This document shows, piece after piece, positions 29,644 to 39,310 of a DNA stretch of 63,990 nucleotides (the stretch's first letter is position 1; every line of letters begins with the position of its first letter). Origin of the DNA: a virus (lineage: Duplodnaviria > Caudoviricetes); IMG/VR virus record IMGVR_UViG_3300010158_000067, positions 1 to 63,990 of that record. One strand, written 5' to 3'. The position numbers were made by a program, and so were the translations under genes. Under the pieces are notes generated by a model. It worked only from the letters and a program-made list of their open reading frames with translations. It did not search any database and had not been told where the DNA came from.

Positions 29644-30573
29644 ATGAAAACTTTAATTATAGACTCTCACAAAGGTAATTTAAATAATAAGAATCTACAT
29701 CTTATTAACGCGCATCAAATCGCCGCAAAGCTAAATGCAGATCTTATCTGTTCTTACCAAGGAGTAAATGATGAAATTAAATCTGACTACGATGCTATTA
29801 TCTTTAACCATGCATCTGCTTATTCTTTTGTTGATTATGCATGGTTAGAAGCTAGTCCAAATGCTAAACTTTTTTATATTACTAATGAATATAATTTAGG
29901 CGAGCCGCGCATCCTCTGGATGGCAGCAAAGCGAGCAAATAGAAAATATACAGTTATTGCGAATCATCCAGCAGCAGCAAGCAAAGTAGTAACAAAGTAT
30001 ACTACTGATTGGTTAATTACTAATTTAAATTCTCTTGTTTATCAGCATGAAAATAAATGCACTCTACAAGATAAAACAAAAGACTTGATTTATTATGGCT
30101 CATTCAGAAGCGATAGATGCAAATACTTTAGTAAATATTTTACTGACGATCTTACTGTTTCTTCCCATCCAAAAAATGTGGAAAAATTTAAAGCAAGGGG
30201 AATAAATGCAAATTTTATTCCTCGCATAGATTGGGCTAAAGATGGCCTAAAAGATTATCATTGCTCTCTTTACATTGAAGATGAAACAACGCATACTCAT
30301 TATAACTATCTCGCAAATAGATTTTATGAAGCTCTAAATTATAATGTAGTACCAATTTTTTCTGAAGAATGTATTGGCACGATTGAAAAATCGGGCTATC
30401 CAGTTACTACTGATTTAATTTTTTCAAATACCCATGAAATGAAAGAGGTGGTTGAAATGGTTAAGAAATCTTCAATAATAATGGTACAATATTTAGTGCA
30501 TTATTGTATGAGGGATAATGAAGAAAAACAGAAAACATTGGATTATATTAAAAAAATAATCAATGAAACCTAA
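29644..30573 (+). CDS. GT-B glycosyltransferase resembling T4 DNA beta-glucosyltransferase
   Basis: DLIYYGSFRSDR (cf. T4 BGT DVIYGGSFRSGQR); NRFYEAL. Confidence 0.55.
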   Translation: MKTLIIDSHKGNLNNKNLHLINAHQIAAKLNADLICSYQGVNDEIKSDYDAIIFNHASAYSFVDYAWLEASPNAKLFYITNEYNLGEPRILWMAAKRANRKYTVIANHPAAASKVVTKYTTDWLITNLNSLVYQHENKCTLQDKTKDLIYYGSFRSDRCKYFSKYFTDDLTVSSHPKNVEKFKARGINANFIPRIDWAKDGLKDYHCSLYIEDETTHTHYNYLANRFYEALNYNVVPIFSEECIGTIEKSGYPVTTDLIFSNTHEMKEVVEMVKKSSIIMVQYLVHYCMRDNEEKQKTLDYIKKIINET

Positions 30574-30748
30574 TGTAGCATTAAATAAAGAAGAAATTAA
30601 ATTAATTTTTGAAGCGTTAGATCATTTATATTTTGAAACTGATCGAGCCATGCAATATAGTCACGTAGATCATCTTCCAAAATTAAAAGAACACTTTTTA
30701 GATAAGAAGAAAAAAATAAAAGAACTACTTAAAATAATTAAAGACTGA
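30563..30748 (+). CDS. Hypothetical protein
   Basis: Operon packing. Confidence 0.5.
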   Translation: MKPNVALNKEEIKLIFEALDHLYFETDRAMQYSHVDHLPKLKEHFLDKKKKIKELLKIIKD

Positions 30749-30761
30749 ACTTATTTTAAAT

Positions 30762-30965
30762 ATGATAAATTATAAAGAAGCAAGAATGACGAGTAAGATG
30801 GTTGATTTTATTGGTGAAACTGAAGATGGTAAATCATTTACAATTACCGATAATTGGAACGATTGGGATGATTGGACAGTAGATGAAATTGTATGGGATG
30901 CGGAAGCTGGAACAGAAGAGCAAGAGGAACAAATCAAAGAGGAATTCATGTCCGAAATGAATTAA
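30762..30965 (+). CDS. Hypothetical acidic protein
   Basis: Operon packing. Confidence 0.55.
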   Translation: MINYKEARMTSKMVDFIGETEDGKSFTITDNWNDWDDWTVDEIVWDAEAGTEEQEEQIKEEFMSEMN

Positions 30966-31047
30966 ATAGAAAGGTTTAGATTTTATATGTATTACACAAA
31001 TAATGTATCAAACATCAAAATAGAAAGGCAGGGTTAGTCCAATCGGT

Positions 31048-31671
31048 ATGTTCGATAGCATTTTAGTAGCAAAATCTTTGATTGATGAATTAATCAAGGA
31101 TACGGATATAGTTTTAGAATCTAGTAATGAGTTTTATGATTTTCAAACTAAAGATTTAGATAATTCTTTAACAACTTTCTTCATTGATGAGAGTGGTAGT
31201 TTTTACTGGAATAAATTAAACCAAGAATATATTCCTCCGCCAGAAACAGATAAAAAGAAAAAAGGATTTAATTTTGGTGAATGGCGAGAAATTTCGCCGC
31301 CCGAAAAAATAGAAGACACCAGAACTACTTATATTGAATTCTATGACCTTCAAACCACGGAGGAAGAAAGAATATTTATTACTTTTATTGCTCATGTAAA
31401 ATGCGGCAAATTAGCTGAACCAATTTCAATAAAGGAAATTGAAAGAACCAATTTACGCGAAGAAGCAATTAAAACAAAAAAGTATAAAGAACAATGGGAT
31501 AATGTTAGAGGCACCTGGCAATGGAAAACTTCCAACCTCATACGAAATTCAAGATCGAAAGTTAGTAAAATTTTCTATCCATTCTTTAGATTTCTTGATA
31601 ATATCGAAAACAAGTTAAGAAAAACTTCTAAACAAAAATTTTTAGATGAAAAAGACATTGGTAATTGGTGA
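31048..31671 (+). CDS. Hypothetical phage protein
   Basis: MFD...FQTKDLDNSL pattern. Confidence 0.6.
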   Translation: MFDSILVAKSLIDELIKDTDIVLESSNEFYDFQTKDLDNSLTTFFIDESGSFYWNKLNQEYIPPPETDKKKKGFNFGEWREISPPEKIEDTRTTYIEFYDLQTTEEERIFITFIAHVKCGKLAEPISIKEIERTNLREEAIKTKKYKEQWDNVRGTWQWKTSNLIRNSRSKVSKIFYPFFRFLDNIENKLRKTSKQKFLDEKDIGNW

Positions 31672-32371
31672 TGTTCATCTACGGTATAATATCGTAGAAA
31701 AAATCTTAAATAAGTGGGATGGACCAATTATTCAAGTTGGAGATTGGTTTGATAATTTTGATGAAAACAAAAGTCAGACAATCGAAACAGCTCTTCTTTA
31801 TAAGAAATTTGTTCATCGCCCAGATACGATCACTTTAATGGGTAATCATGATATTCAATATAGAATTCATGACAAAAATGGACTTTATTGTTCTGGTTAC
31901 GAGCCTTGGAAATATGATGTAATTAATGATATCGTAGAAGAGAAAGATTGGTGTAAAGTGAAATACTTTTATCATGAACAAAATTACTGGTTTTCTCACG
32001 CTGGGATTAGCAATTATTGGTTTGGGCATCCTGTATTTGGAACGACAGCCGAAATCATCGAAGGCAAAATAGCTCAAGCTGAAAAAGCTTTGGAGGCTAG
32101 AGTATATTCTGAAGTTGCATGTTTGTATGCGGCAGATTATTATAGAGGAGGAAACTTTGCAAAAGGTGGAATCCTTTGGAATGATTGGCGTAATATCGAA
32201 AAGCACGAAGGAATTACCGAAATTGTAGGGCATACTCCAAGTTCTAAAATCCAAATTAGAAAAAGAAAAAATAGCTGTAGTATTAATGTTGATTGTTTTT
32301 TAAATCAATTATTAATTATTCACGAAGATGGAAATTTAGAAAAAGTTAATACCAAAAAATTTATTCAATGA
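31646..32371 (+). CDS. Calcineurin-like metallophosphoesterase
   Basis: GDVH, GDWFD, GNHD, HAG, GHT. Confidence 0.88.
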   Translation: MKKTLVIGDVHLRYNIVEKILNKWDGPIIQVGDWFDNFDENKSQTIETALLYKKFVHRPDTITLMGNHDIQYRIHDKNGLYCSGYEPWKYDVINDIVEEKDWCKVKYFYHEQNYWFSHAGISNYWFGHPVFGTTAEIIEGKIAQAEKALEARVYSEVACLYAADYYRGGNFAKGGILWNDWRNIEKHEGITEIVGHTPSSKIQIRKRKNSCSINVDCFLNQLLIIHEDGNLEKVNTKKFIQ

Positions 32372-32724
32372 TAACAAACAATCACAAATTCGTCCCCAAG
32401 GGATGGGGATACGAACTATGGATCGCTAATTCCGAAAAGTATTGCGGTAAACTTTTGCATATTGTAAAAGGAAAACAACTATCATGGCATTATCACAAAT
32501 TAAAAGATGAGGTTATGTATGTTCAGTCTGGATCTATCTGCATCATTTTTGGTCATGATAAAGATATTAATAATGCTGATGATAGGGTATTGTGGGCTGG
32601 AGATAGTTTTCATATTCCTGTAGGTTTAATCCATAGGATTGTCGCTTTGGAAACATCTGAAGTATTTGAATTTTCCACTCAACATTTTGATGAAGACTCT
32701 TATCGAATTGAAAAGGGAGATTAA
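32368..32724 (+). CDS. Cupin (mannose-6-phosphate isomerase-like)
   Basis: KGWGYE, SWHYHKLKDE, IPVGLIHR. Confidence 0.8.
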   Translation: MITNNHKFVPKGWGYELWIANSEKYCGKLLHIVKGKQLSWHYHKLKDEVMYVQSGSICIIFGHDKDINNADDRVLWAGDSFHIPVGLIHRIVALETSEVFEFSTQHFDEDSYRIEKGD

Positions 32725-32726
32725 TT

Positions 32727-33002
32727 ATGTTAATGACACTTATCACTAGTTTAGTTAAAGCTTTATCTGCATATTTAGAACTTAAAAATAAATCATTTTA
32801 TTATGACATCCTCGAAAAATCCAGAACCCGTCAATCACAACTCAGCAAAGAAATCGAAAAACTTAGGGCTGAAGGCACTAATGATTCTAACGATATTGCT
32901 GACGCAATCCTCCTGCAACTCATTGCCGAACAAAAGTACTGCAAACATCTATCAGCCACTTATTCTCCGACTGAAAGCAAAGCAGCAGATTCAAACAAGT
33001 GA
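32727..33002 (+). CDS. Putative inner spanin (Rz-like)
   Basis: Hydrophobic N-terminus, then coiled coil; overlapped by a lipoprotein ORF. Confidence 0.45.
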   Translation: MLMTLITSLVKALSAYLELKNKSFYYDILEKSRTRQSQLSKEIEKLRAEGTNDSNDIADAILLQLIAEQKYCKHLSATYSPTESKAADSNK

Positions 33003-33087
33003 TGGATCATACACTCCAGAAACTGATGAAGTCTGGCATAGCGATGCTAGATTTCGCAAACTAGAGCGTCAAATTACAATGCAGTAA
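32803..33087 (+). CDS. Putative outer spanin lipoprotein (Rz1-like)
   Basis: +1 frame overlap; KALMILTILLTQSS-C lipobox-like signal. Confidence 0.45.
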   Translation: MTSSKNPEPVNHNSAKKSKNLGLKALMILTILLTQSSCNSLPNKSTANIYQPLILRLKAKQQIQTSDGSYTPETDEVWHSDARFRKLERQITMQ

Positions 33088-33797
33088 TGAAAGTAGATTT
33101 TATTACTAAAATGGGTAGCGACCTTACAGTCGCTAATGCAGCAAGAGTTTCATTTGATAAAACATCTGAATGGGATATTACTGGTTATCACGAAGGGGAG
33201 TATGACGAAGAATCAAGAACTTCGTATAAACATCCAATTCTCGCTTTAAAAGAAAAAGACGTTAAACTAATTAATTTTCTTGCTCGCGAGAATCATTGGA
33301 CTCCATTTGGTCATTGCTCTCTTCAGTTTAGGATTAAAGCCCCAATTTTTGTCGCTCGCCAGTTGGCGAAGCATCAAGTTGGACTCACCTGGAATGAAGT
33401 TTCTCGCCGCTATGTAGATAGTGAGCCAGAGTTTTACTTTCCAGAAAAGTGGAGAAAAAAGAATCCAGACAAGAAGCAGGGCAGTTACGAAGATGAATTT
33501 GTTGATTTTACTTTCGCAGAAGAATGCCAACCAAAAGCGGTTGTAAACATGTGCAGGGAATTGTACCACGCTATGATTGATATGAACATATGCGCCGAAC
33601 AAGCAAGAATGATTCTTCCACAAAATATGTATACAGAATGGTATTGGTCAGGAACCCTATTCGCTTTCGCTAGAGTGTGCAGACTTCGCACCAAGAAAGA
33701 TACACAAAAAGAAACAAGAGACATCGCAGATCAAATCTACAATCTTACAGAAAAGCATTTTCCAGTTTCATGGAAAGCACTTATGTGTAAAGATTAG
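33087..33797 (+). CDS. thyX: Flavin-dependent thymidylate synthase
   Basis: ANAARVS, HWTPF, PIFVARQLAKH, NEVSRRY, EQARMILP. Confidence 0.92.
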   Translation: MKVDFITKMGSDLTVANAARVSFDKTSEWDITGYHEGEYDEESRTSYKHPILALKEKDVKLINFLARENHWTPFGHCSLQFRIKAPIFVARQLAKHQVGLTWNEVSRRYVDSEPEFYFPEKWRKKNPDKKQGSYEDEFVDFTFAEECQPKAVVNMCRELYHAMIDMNICAEQARMILPQNMYTEWYWSGTLFAFARVCRLRTKKDTQKETRDIADQIYNLTEKHFPVSWKALMCKD

Positions 33798-33798
33798 T

Positions 33799-33999
33799 AT
33801 GATACAAGCAATCACATGGGTATCCACCCACGCAGACCAAATAATTGGAGCATTGACATCTATTGTAGCTGGAGCTTCAGCATTAGCCGCTTTAACTCCT
33901 ACTCCTAAAGATGATTCATTTATAGGAAAATTATATAAAGTTATTGATTTTCTAGCCTTGAATGTTGGCAAAGCCAAAGATAAAGGCGATAAGAAGTAA
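33799..33999 (+). CDS. Small holin-like membrane protein
   Basis: TM segment, then TPTPKDD...LALNVGKAK. Confidence 0.5.
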   Translation: MIQAITWVSTHADQIIGALTSIVAGASALAALTPTPKDDSFIGKLYKVIDFLALNVGKAKDKGDKK

Positions 34000-34018
34000 T
34001 TAATAATAAAGCACTTAT

Positions 34019-34049
34019 AAAAACCCGATTCGAAAGAATCGGGTTTTTT
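34019..34049 (+). terminator. Bidirectional intrinsic terminator
   Basis: AAAAAACCCGATTC-GAAA-GAATCGGGTTTTTT. Confidence 0.8.
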
Positions 34050-34151
34050 ATTGTGTAAAAATAAGTATGGATCAAATCCAATCATCGTCAGAATTAAATC
34101 AAATTCTACATTCCTTAATAGCAGTAATCTTAAAATTCTTCTCTGAAAAAA

Positions 34152-34595
34152 ATGAAATTCAAAAAAGGAGTAGCAACAACATTAGTAGAAAAAGTGTGGG
34201 ACGACCAAAAACAAATGCACTTAGTAAAAAAACAGTTCCAAACAAAAAACAAATATGAAAGGGAAAGAGATTTTTATATTAATTTTGGGAATATATTGTC
34301 TTATATTCCACGTTTGGTTCGGTGGCAAGATGTAGAAAAAACTATTTGGGTGGAATATTGTGGAATTTCTTTAAATTTAAAATATTCCCCTAAAGAAAGA
34401 TATAAATTTAAATCAAGAATTCGTTTCATATGTGATGATTTAAAATTGCGTAATCTTTATCATAATGATATTAGGTGGAAAAACATTGTAGAAAATGATG
34501 CTGGGCGATTATTTTTGATTGACTTTGAGGTTATCTCAAGTGAGAATAAAGAAAGAGATCCAGAGTGGATTCTCAGAGATAAACCCAAAAAATAA
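34152..34595 (+). CDS. Minimal protein-kinase-like (RIO/Kdo/APH-type) protein
   Basis: VKK...YERE, HNDIRWKNI, LIDFE. Confidence 0.7.
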   Translation: MKFKKGVATTLVEKVWDDQKQMHLVKKQFQTKNKYERERDFYINFGNILSYIPRLVRWQDVEKTIWVEYCGISLNLKYSPKERYKFKSRIRFICDDLKLRNLYHNDIRWKNIVENDAGRLFLIDFEVISSENKERDPEWILRDKPKK

Positions 34596-34596
34596 A

Positions 34597-34998
34597 ATGA
34601 AAAAAGTACCAACTGTTTATGAATTGCGGCGACAAGGCTATAAAGTACGAGTGACTCACATTCGAAAATTTCATCGTTTTCATCCAAGAACTGGAAAGAA
34701 AACTCAGTTTTCTGCACCTTTCCAAAGTTCAAAGACAAGAAAGCAAGAGAAAGATCTGCATCCAGATGCAGTGAAAGATCCCAATGAAGAATTTTTTCTT
34801 TCTGGTAAAGGTGGAGAAACAATCGTAGAAATTGCAGACTCTCAACACAAAGAGTTGGGCAGAGGAGTTGCCGTATGTTCAGATGATGATTTGTATGTAA
34901 AGAATTATGGAGTTAAAAAGGCAATCGCAATTGCACTTAGAAACATAGAATCAAATAAAGATCCCTATTTCCACATAAGACAATTTTTTAATAAATGA
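34597..34998 (+). CDS. Hypothetical phage protein
   Basis: Start MKKVPT; KGGET...GVAVCSDDD. Confidence 0.6.
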   Translation: MKKVPTVYELRRQGYKVRVTHIRKFHRFHPRTGKKTQFSAPFQSSKTRKQEKDLHPDAVKDPNEEFFLSGKGGETIVEIADSQHKELGRGVAVCSDDDLYVKNYGVKKAIAIALRNIESNKDPYFHIRQFFNK

Positions 34999-35143
34999 TT
35001 TTCTGGAAAATAGTTTGTTTACTGTTATATTATCTTGGAGATATTGCATTTAAGTTCGATGATGGAAAATGTTATCAATTTTTAATGTTAAAATCTGCGG
35101 AGATAAGCGATAAATATAACTTAGGAATCTGGAAAGAAGTCAC

Positions 35144-35174
35144 GAAACCCCTTAATAAAGATTAAGGGGTTTTT
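35144..35174 (+). terminator. Intrinsic terminator
   Basis: AAACCCCTTAAT-AAAG-ATTAAGGGGTTTTT. Confidence 0.75.
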
Positions 35175-35189
35175 CGTGTAAATATTATT

Positions 35190-36236
35190 ATGAATCTAAA
35201 TCACATGAATCTTGGATGCATAAAAGATAAGCCAGATGAAAGAGATTTTCGGTTCGTTAAGGCAGTACATTGGACTGAAATAGGTCCAATAGATTTGAGG
35301 CCACTTTGTCCTCCAATTAGATCACAAGGTCCAATAGGTGCCTGCACGGCCTTTGGATGTACGGAATTATTTGATTTTGTAAGAAGAAAAAATAATTTAG
35401 TAAATTGGACTCCTTCTCCACTGTTTACTTATTATGCAACGAGAAAATTTTCTAATTTACAAGATCAAGATAGCGGAGCTAGCATAAGAGAAGCATTAAA
35501 ATCTACAGTTAGAGATGGAGTTGCTATGGAGAGATATTGGCCATACGATACATCTAAATTTAAAGAAAATCCTCCAGAAGACGTTTGGATTAATGCCGAA
35601 AAACATCAAACTCTTGAATATCTAAAAATAGATGATTTTGATAAAAGTGCATTCTTGGGCTGTTTGAACGACGGTTATCCTTTTGTTTTTGGCATACTAT
35701 TATATAATTCTTTTAATTCATTTCAGACGGTACTTTCTGGACAAGTTCCAATTCCAGATAAAGAAAATGAAAAATGCATTGGCGGACATTGCATGATGGC
35801 AGTTGGCTATAAAAAAATAGATGAAGGTGGAGCTGGAAAAGAATTTATCATAGTTCAAAATTCATGGGGCCCAAATTGGGCAGATCATGGATATTGCTAT
35901 ATTCCTATGGAGTATATGATGTCCAATGATGCTTTTGATTTTTGGACTATTAGATTAACAGAAGAGTGCGCGGAAGATACTGTAGATCCAGAACCTACCC
36001 CTGAGCCTCCTAAACCCGCTCCAGAACCTCCGAAGCCAGAACCCACACCTGAGCCACCCAAACCAGAACCCGAGCCTCCAGTACCCACTCCCGAACCTCC
36101 CGAACCCCCCAAACCAGAGATTGTTCCAGAACCGTCCATCACAGATGAACAAGAGAAGAAATCAATTTGGAAAAAACCGTTTGTTTATTTTTTAATTGTT
36201 TTTATTTTTACTACCTTGGCTTTCTTTTTTGCTTAA
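35190..36236 (+). CDS. Papain-like C1 cysteine peptidase with Pro-rich stalk and C-terminal TM anchor
   Basis: QGPIGACTAF, GGHCM, QNSWG; (PEPPK/PEPT)n; hydrophobic tail. Confidence 0.88.
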   Translation: MNLNHMNLGCIKDKPDERDFRFVKAVHWTEIGPIDLRPLCPPIRSQGPIGACTAFGCTELFDFVRRKNNLVNWTPSPLFTYYATRKFSNLQDQDSGASIREALKSTVRDGVAMERYWPYDTSKFKENPPEDVWINAEKHQTLEYLKIDDFDKSAFLGCLNDGYPFVFGILLYNSFNSFQTVLSGQVPIPDKENEKCIGGHCMMAVGYKKIDEGGAGKEFIIVQNSWGPNWADHGYCYIPMEYMMSNDAFDFWTIRLTEECAEDTVDPEPTPEPPKPAPEPPKPEPTPEPPKPEPEPPVPTPEPPEPPKPEIVPEPSITDEQEKKSIWKKPFVYFLIVFIFTTLAFFFA

Positions 36237-36299
36237 ACTCTTAAACAGTAAAACAAACCCCTTGACGAAAGTTGAGGGGTTTGTTAATTTATAGAGGTC

Positions 36300-36818
36300 A
36301 TGAATATATTTTGCTTAGATCAAAATCCTGCGACTGCCGCTGAATTTAATTGCGATCAGCATTGCAATAAAATTGTACTAGAATGCGCACAAATGATGGC
36401 TAATTGTTTTTCTTTAGACACACTTCAACATGCTCCTCCTAATTCTTTGGGCCAACCTCGCAAGCATTCTTATTTCAACCATCCTGTATCTAAATGGATG
36501 CGGGAGACGCTGGGTAATTTGTTTTGGAGTCTCGATCATGCTTTTGCCCTTGAATCTGAGCGTCTATATCGAGGATACAATCCTCACTTTTCTATGCGCT
36601 TTATTCGGTGGGTAGCAGATAATTTTGATAAATCTATTGTGCCAGATGGCAATCAATCAGAATTTGCAGTAGCTATTGCTCCAACAATGAATTGCCGACA
36701 GCATCCATTATTTAATACTTTAGATGCTATCGGCAAATATCGTTTATACTATATGCATGACAAGCCTTTCGTTACTTGGACTCGTCGCCAACAACCAGAA
36801 TGGTTTAATCAAATGTAA
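36300..36818 (+). CDS. Pyrimidine-dimer DNA glycosylase (DenV)-like protein
   Basis: MNIFCLD...CDQHCNKIVLECAQM...NHP...YRLYY...W. Confidence 0.7.
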   Translation: MNIFCLDQNPATAAEFNCDQHCNKIVLECAQMMANCFSLDTLQHAPPNSLGQPRKHSYFNHPVSKWMRETLGNLFWSLDHAFALESERLYRGYNPHFSMRFIRWVADNFDKSIVPDGNQSEFAVAIAPTMNCRQHPLFNTLDAIGKYRLYYMHDKPFVTWTRRQQPEWFNQM

Positions 36819-37206
36819 GTAAATACTTTAGTTGATTTAAAGTTCCCAACATCTCATCTCTTATATTTAGTAAATCACTCTTATCATTCAAATCAGCATC
36901 GTTGTTAAAAGATTTTAAATATGCTATCCATTGATCTATTTTCTCTTGAAGACCAACCGATTCAATGTCTCCTTCAGATGGAAGACTTTCTGTTTGAAGA
37001 TTTTCTAACTCAAAAAGAAATGATCCAGATGCAGACTTTACACGACCAAAAGTCCCTTGATATACTTCGACAAACTCATCAATTGACTCCTCAAGCTCTT
37101 CATAAGCCATATCCAGAGCCTTATGTTCAGAAAAACTTTTAGTTTGCCAGTGATAAATCTTAATTTGATTAAGGATTGTAAGTAGAGGAGAGACTATAGA
37201 AAGCAT
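36805..37206 (-). CDS. Ferritin/Dps-like four-helix protein
   Basis: YHWQT...HKALD..YE...DEFVE...NIRDEM...KYLLT. Confidence 0.7.
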   Translation of the reverse strand: MLSIVSPLLTILNQIKIYHWQTKSFSEHKALDMAYEELEESIDEFVEVYQGTFGRVKSASGSFLFELENLQTESLPSEGDIESVGLQEKIDQWIAYLKSFNNDADLNDKSDLLNIRDEMLGTLNQLKYLLTFD

Positions 37207-37273
37207 ACTATATGATTACACAAATCAGTAAAATTTCAATTGACATCGCGAATGTTATTGCTATTATAATTAC

Positions 37274-37555
37274 ATGATAAATTCTACTTTTATAGAAGTT
37301 TCTGCGGATAAATTTCATGAATTTATCATTGAAAATCTTCCCAAGCATCATACTTCTGAATCATTAATTAATGAATTATCTTTTCAAAAATTTCACGCAA
37401 TAAATTCTTTCAAAAAAGATTTTATTAATGAAATATTAAATAATTATTATGGCATTCACTATGTAGGAACTACGGCGAATGCAACTTTAACTTACAAGTT
37501 ATCAGTAACTGATAAAAAACTTTGTACATTTTTTCTTTTAAGATATGGAAACTGA
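37274..37555 (+). CDS. Hypothetical protein, small paralogue family
   Basis: C-terminal YGIHY...LSVTDKKLCTFFLLRYG. Confidence 0.55.
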   Translation: MINSTFIEVSADKFHEFIIENLPKHHTSESLINELSFQKFHAINSFKKDFINEILNNYYGIHYVGTTANATLTYKLSVTDKKLCTFFLLRYGN

Positions 37556-37997
37556 AAATATTAACACAACAATAGTTATTGTTTCTGGTGGATTTGATCC
37601 AATTCATTCTGGACATATTCATTATTTAAATGAAGCAGTAAAATTAGGAGATTATTTAGCTGTTGGAGTTAATAGCGATGATTGGTTAATCAAGAAAAAG
37701 GGCAAAGCATTTCTTTCATGGTTTGAAAGGGCAACTATTATTAAAAATTTAAAAGCCGTTAATCATGTATTTAATTTTGATGATTCCGATGGAACTGCAA
37801 AAGATCTAATTAAAACTATTAGACAGCATAATCCAACTTCAAAAATAATTTTTGCAAATGGAGGCGACAGAACAAAAGAAAATATTCCTGAAATGGATAT
37901 TGTAGATGACAATATTGAATTTGTTTTTGGAGTTGGTGGAGAAAATAAACAAAATTCAAGCTCTTGGATATTGAAATCATGGGACCAGAAGAATTAA
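37545..37997 (+). CDS. Cytidylyl/adenylyltransferase (HxGH family)
   Basis: SGGFDPIHSGH, GVNSD, ANGGDR, SSS. Confidence 0.85.
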   Translation: METENINTTIVIVSGGFDPIHSGHIHYLNEAVKLGDYLAVGVNSDDWLIKKKGKAFLSWFERATIIKNLKAVNHVFNFDDSDGTAKDLIKTIRQHNPTSKIIFANGGDRTKENIPEMDIVDDNIEFVFGVGGENKQNSSSWILKSWDQKN

Positions 37998-38419
37998 CTC
38001 CAGAACAAAAATTTAAGGGGGCTTTAATTTTTAAATATTTAAAAACTGGTAAGATTCCCAAGAGAAAAGGTTTATTTAGAACCCTGTTCTTTTTAGCTGG
38101 CGAGCAAAAAAACTTTAAAGGTATAATAATGACCTCTTCAAGCGTCACATTAAAAAGACCGACGATTGATAGAACAATTCAAATTAAAATTCATTGCAAC
38201 ACGGATCTAAAAAATATTGAAAATGTCTTCAATACATATATACCAAATTATGAATTTAAAATTGAACCATTTAATGCGCATATAAAATATATTACCGTTT
38301 ATTATTGCTCAAAAAATATCAATTGGGCAATGATTGACGAAGAGCTGAGAGCCAATTACAAACAAAACATAAAAGAAGTAGACGGTTTACCAAAAATTAT
38401 TAATTATGAAACGAAATAA
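37979..38419 (+). CDS. Hypothetical protein
   Basis: Operon packing; start uncertain. Confidence 0.5.
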   Translation: MGPEELTPEQKFKGALIFKYLKTGKIPKRKGLFRTLFFLAGEQKNFKGIIMTSSSVTLKRPTIDRTIQIKIHCNTDLKNIENVFNTYIPNYEFKIEPFNAHIKYITVYYCSKNINWAMIDEELRANYKQNIKEVDGLPKIINYETK

Positions 38420-38681
38420 AATAGAAACAGTTGACAAGTCAATGTATTACAATGCATTTAATGAATGGCTTAATTCATCCAATGAATTCATTGATTTGAA
38501 AAATGAAAAATATATGGACGAAAAATGGCTATCTTTCGCAAATGAATTAGGTATTACCTTGGGGGGTAGTCAAGAAAACGATCAAATTATAGTTTCTGTA
38601 GAAGATTCGGTGTGCTGGAAAGAAGCTAAAAAATATTATTCTATAATCTCATATAGAGTATCTGAGGAAGCAATGGTATGA
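38406..38681 (+). CDS. Hypothetical protein, possible divergent member of the small paralogue family
   Basis: LGITL...VSVEDSVCWKEAKKYY. Confidence 0.5.
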   Translation: MKRNKIETVDKSMYYNAFNEWLNSSNEFIDLKNEKYMDEKWLSFANELGITLGGSQENDQIIVSVEDSVCWKEAKKYYSIISYRVSEEAMV

Positions 38682-38853
38682 CTTATAAGTTTCAAAGAAA
38701 TATCCCTTCATTTATACCAGTCATAATTTTTGTTTTTGTTACTTGGGTCATTTTTGCCATTGGTTTTGTATGCGGAAAATTTTGCGAAAATGCAAAATTT
38801 AAAAAACAAAAAGAAAGACAAATCTTCATAGAAAAACAAGTAGATAAAATCGC

Positions 38854-39279
38854 ATGATTAAATATATATTACCTTTATTGTTTTTAACAATTAATTGCTT
38901 GGCTATCACTAAGGATGAAAATCCTTTTGCCTTAAAAATAAATCAAGAAACTTTTTTAACTGATAAATCTGGAGTATTTATTCCTAGTTCAATTCTTAAA
39001 TTAGTTCCAGGCAATGCTGTTAAAATTTATTTAATTGATGGCACTGAATTAAATGGATTGATTAAATCAACCGAAGTAATTAATTCTGAAATTGTTAAAG
39101 TTTTTGGAGAAATTACAAATAAAAATAATACTGGATTTGGATTTGTCCTCACTAAAGACGCTATTTTTGCTGGAGCGTTAGTTTTTAGAGATAAAAATAT
39201 CACTTATAAGATTAATTATAGTGAATCTGCAAAAGGTTTCATCTTGGTCGCTGATAAGTCTGAAAAAATAGGATCTTGA
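38854..39279 (+). CDS. Secreted hypothetical protein
   Basis: N-terminal signal peptide MIKYILPLLFLTINCLA. Confidence 0.6.
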   Translation: MIKYILPLLFLTINCLAITKDENPFALKINQETFLTDKSGVFIPSSILKLVPGNAVKIYLIDGTELNGLIKSTEVINSEIVKVFGEITNKNNTGFGFVLTKDAIFAGALVFRDKNITYKINYSESAKGFILVADKSEKIGS

Positions 39280-39310
39280 CATTCAATAGGTTTCAATTTA
39301 ACATTGAGCC

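Noticed and set aside
35897-36152. Gly-rich minus-strand ORFs
   Set aside because: Antisense of the Pro-rich stalk of the C1 peptidase
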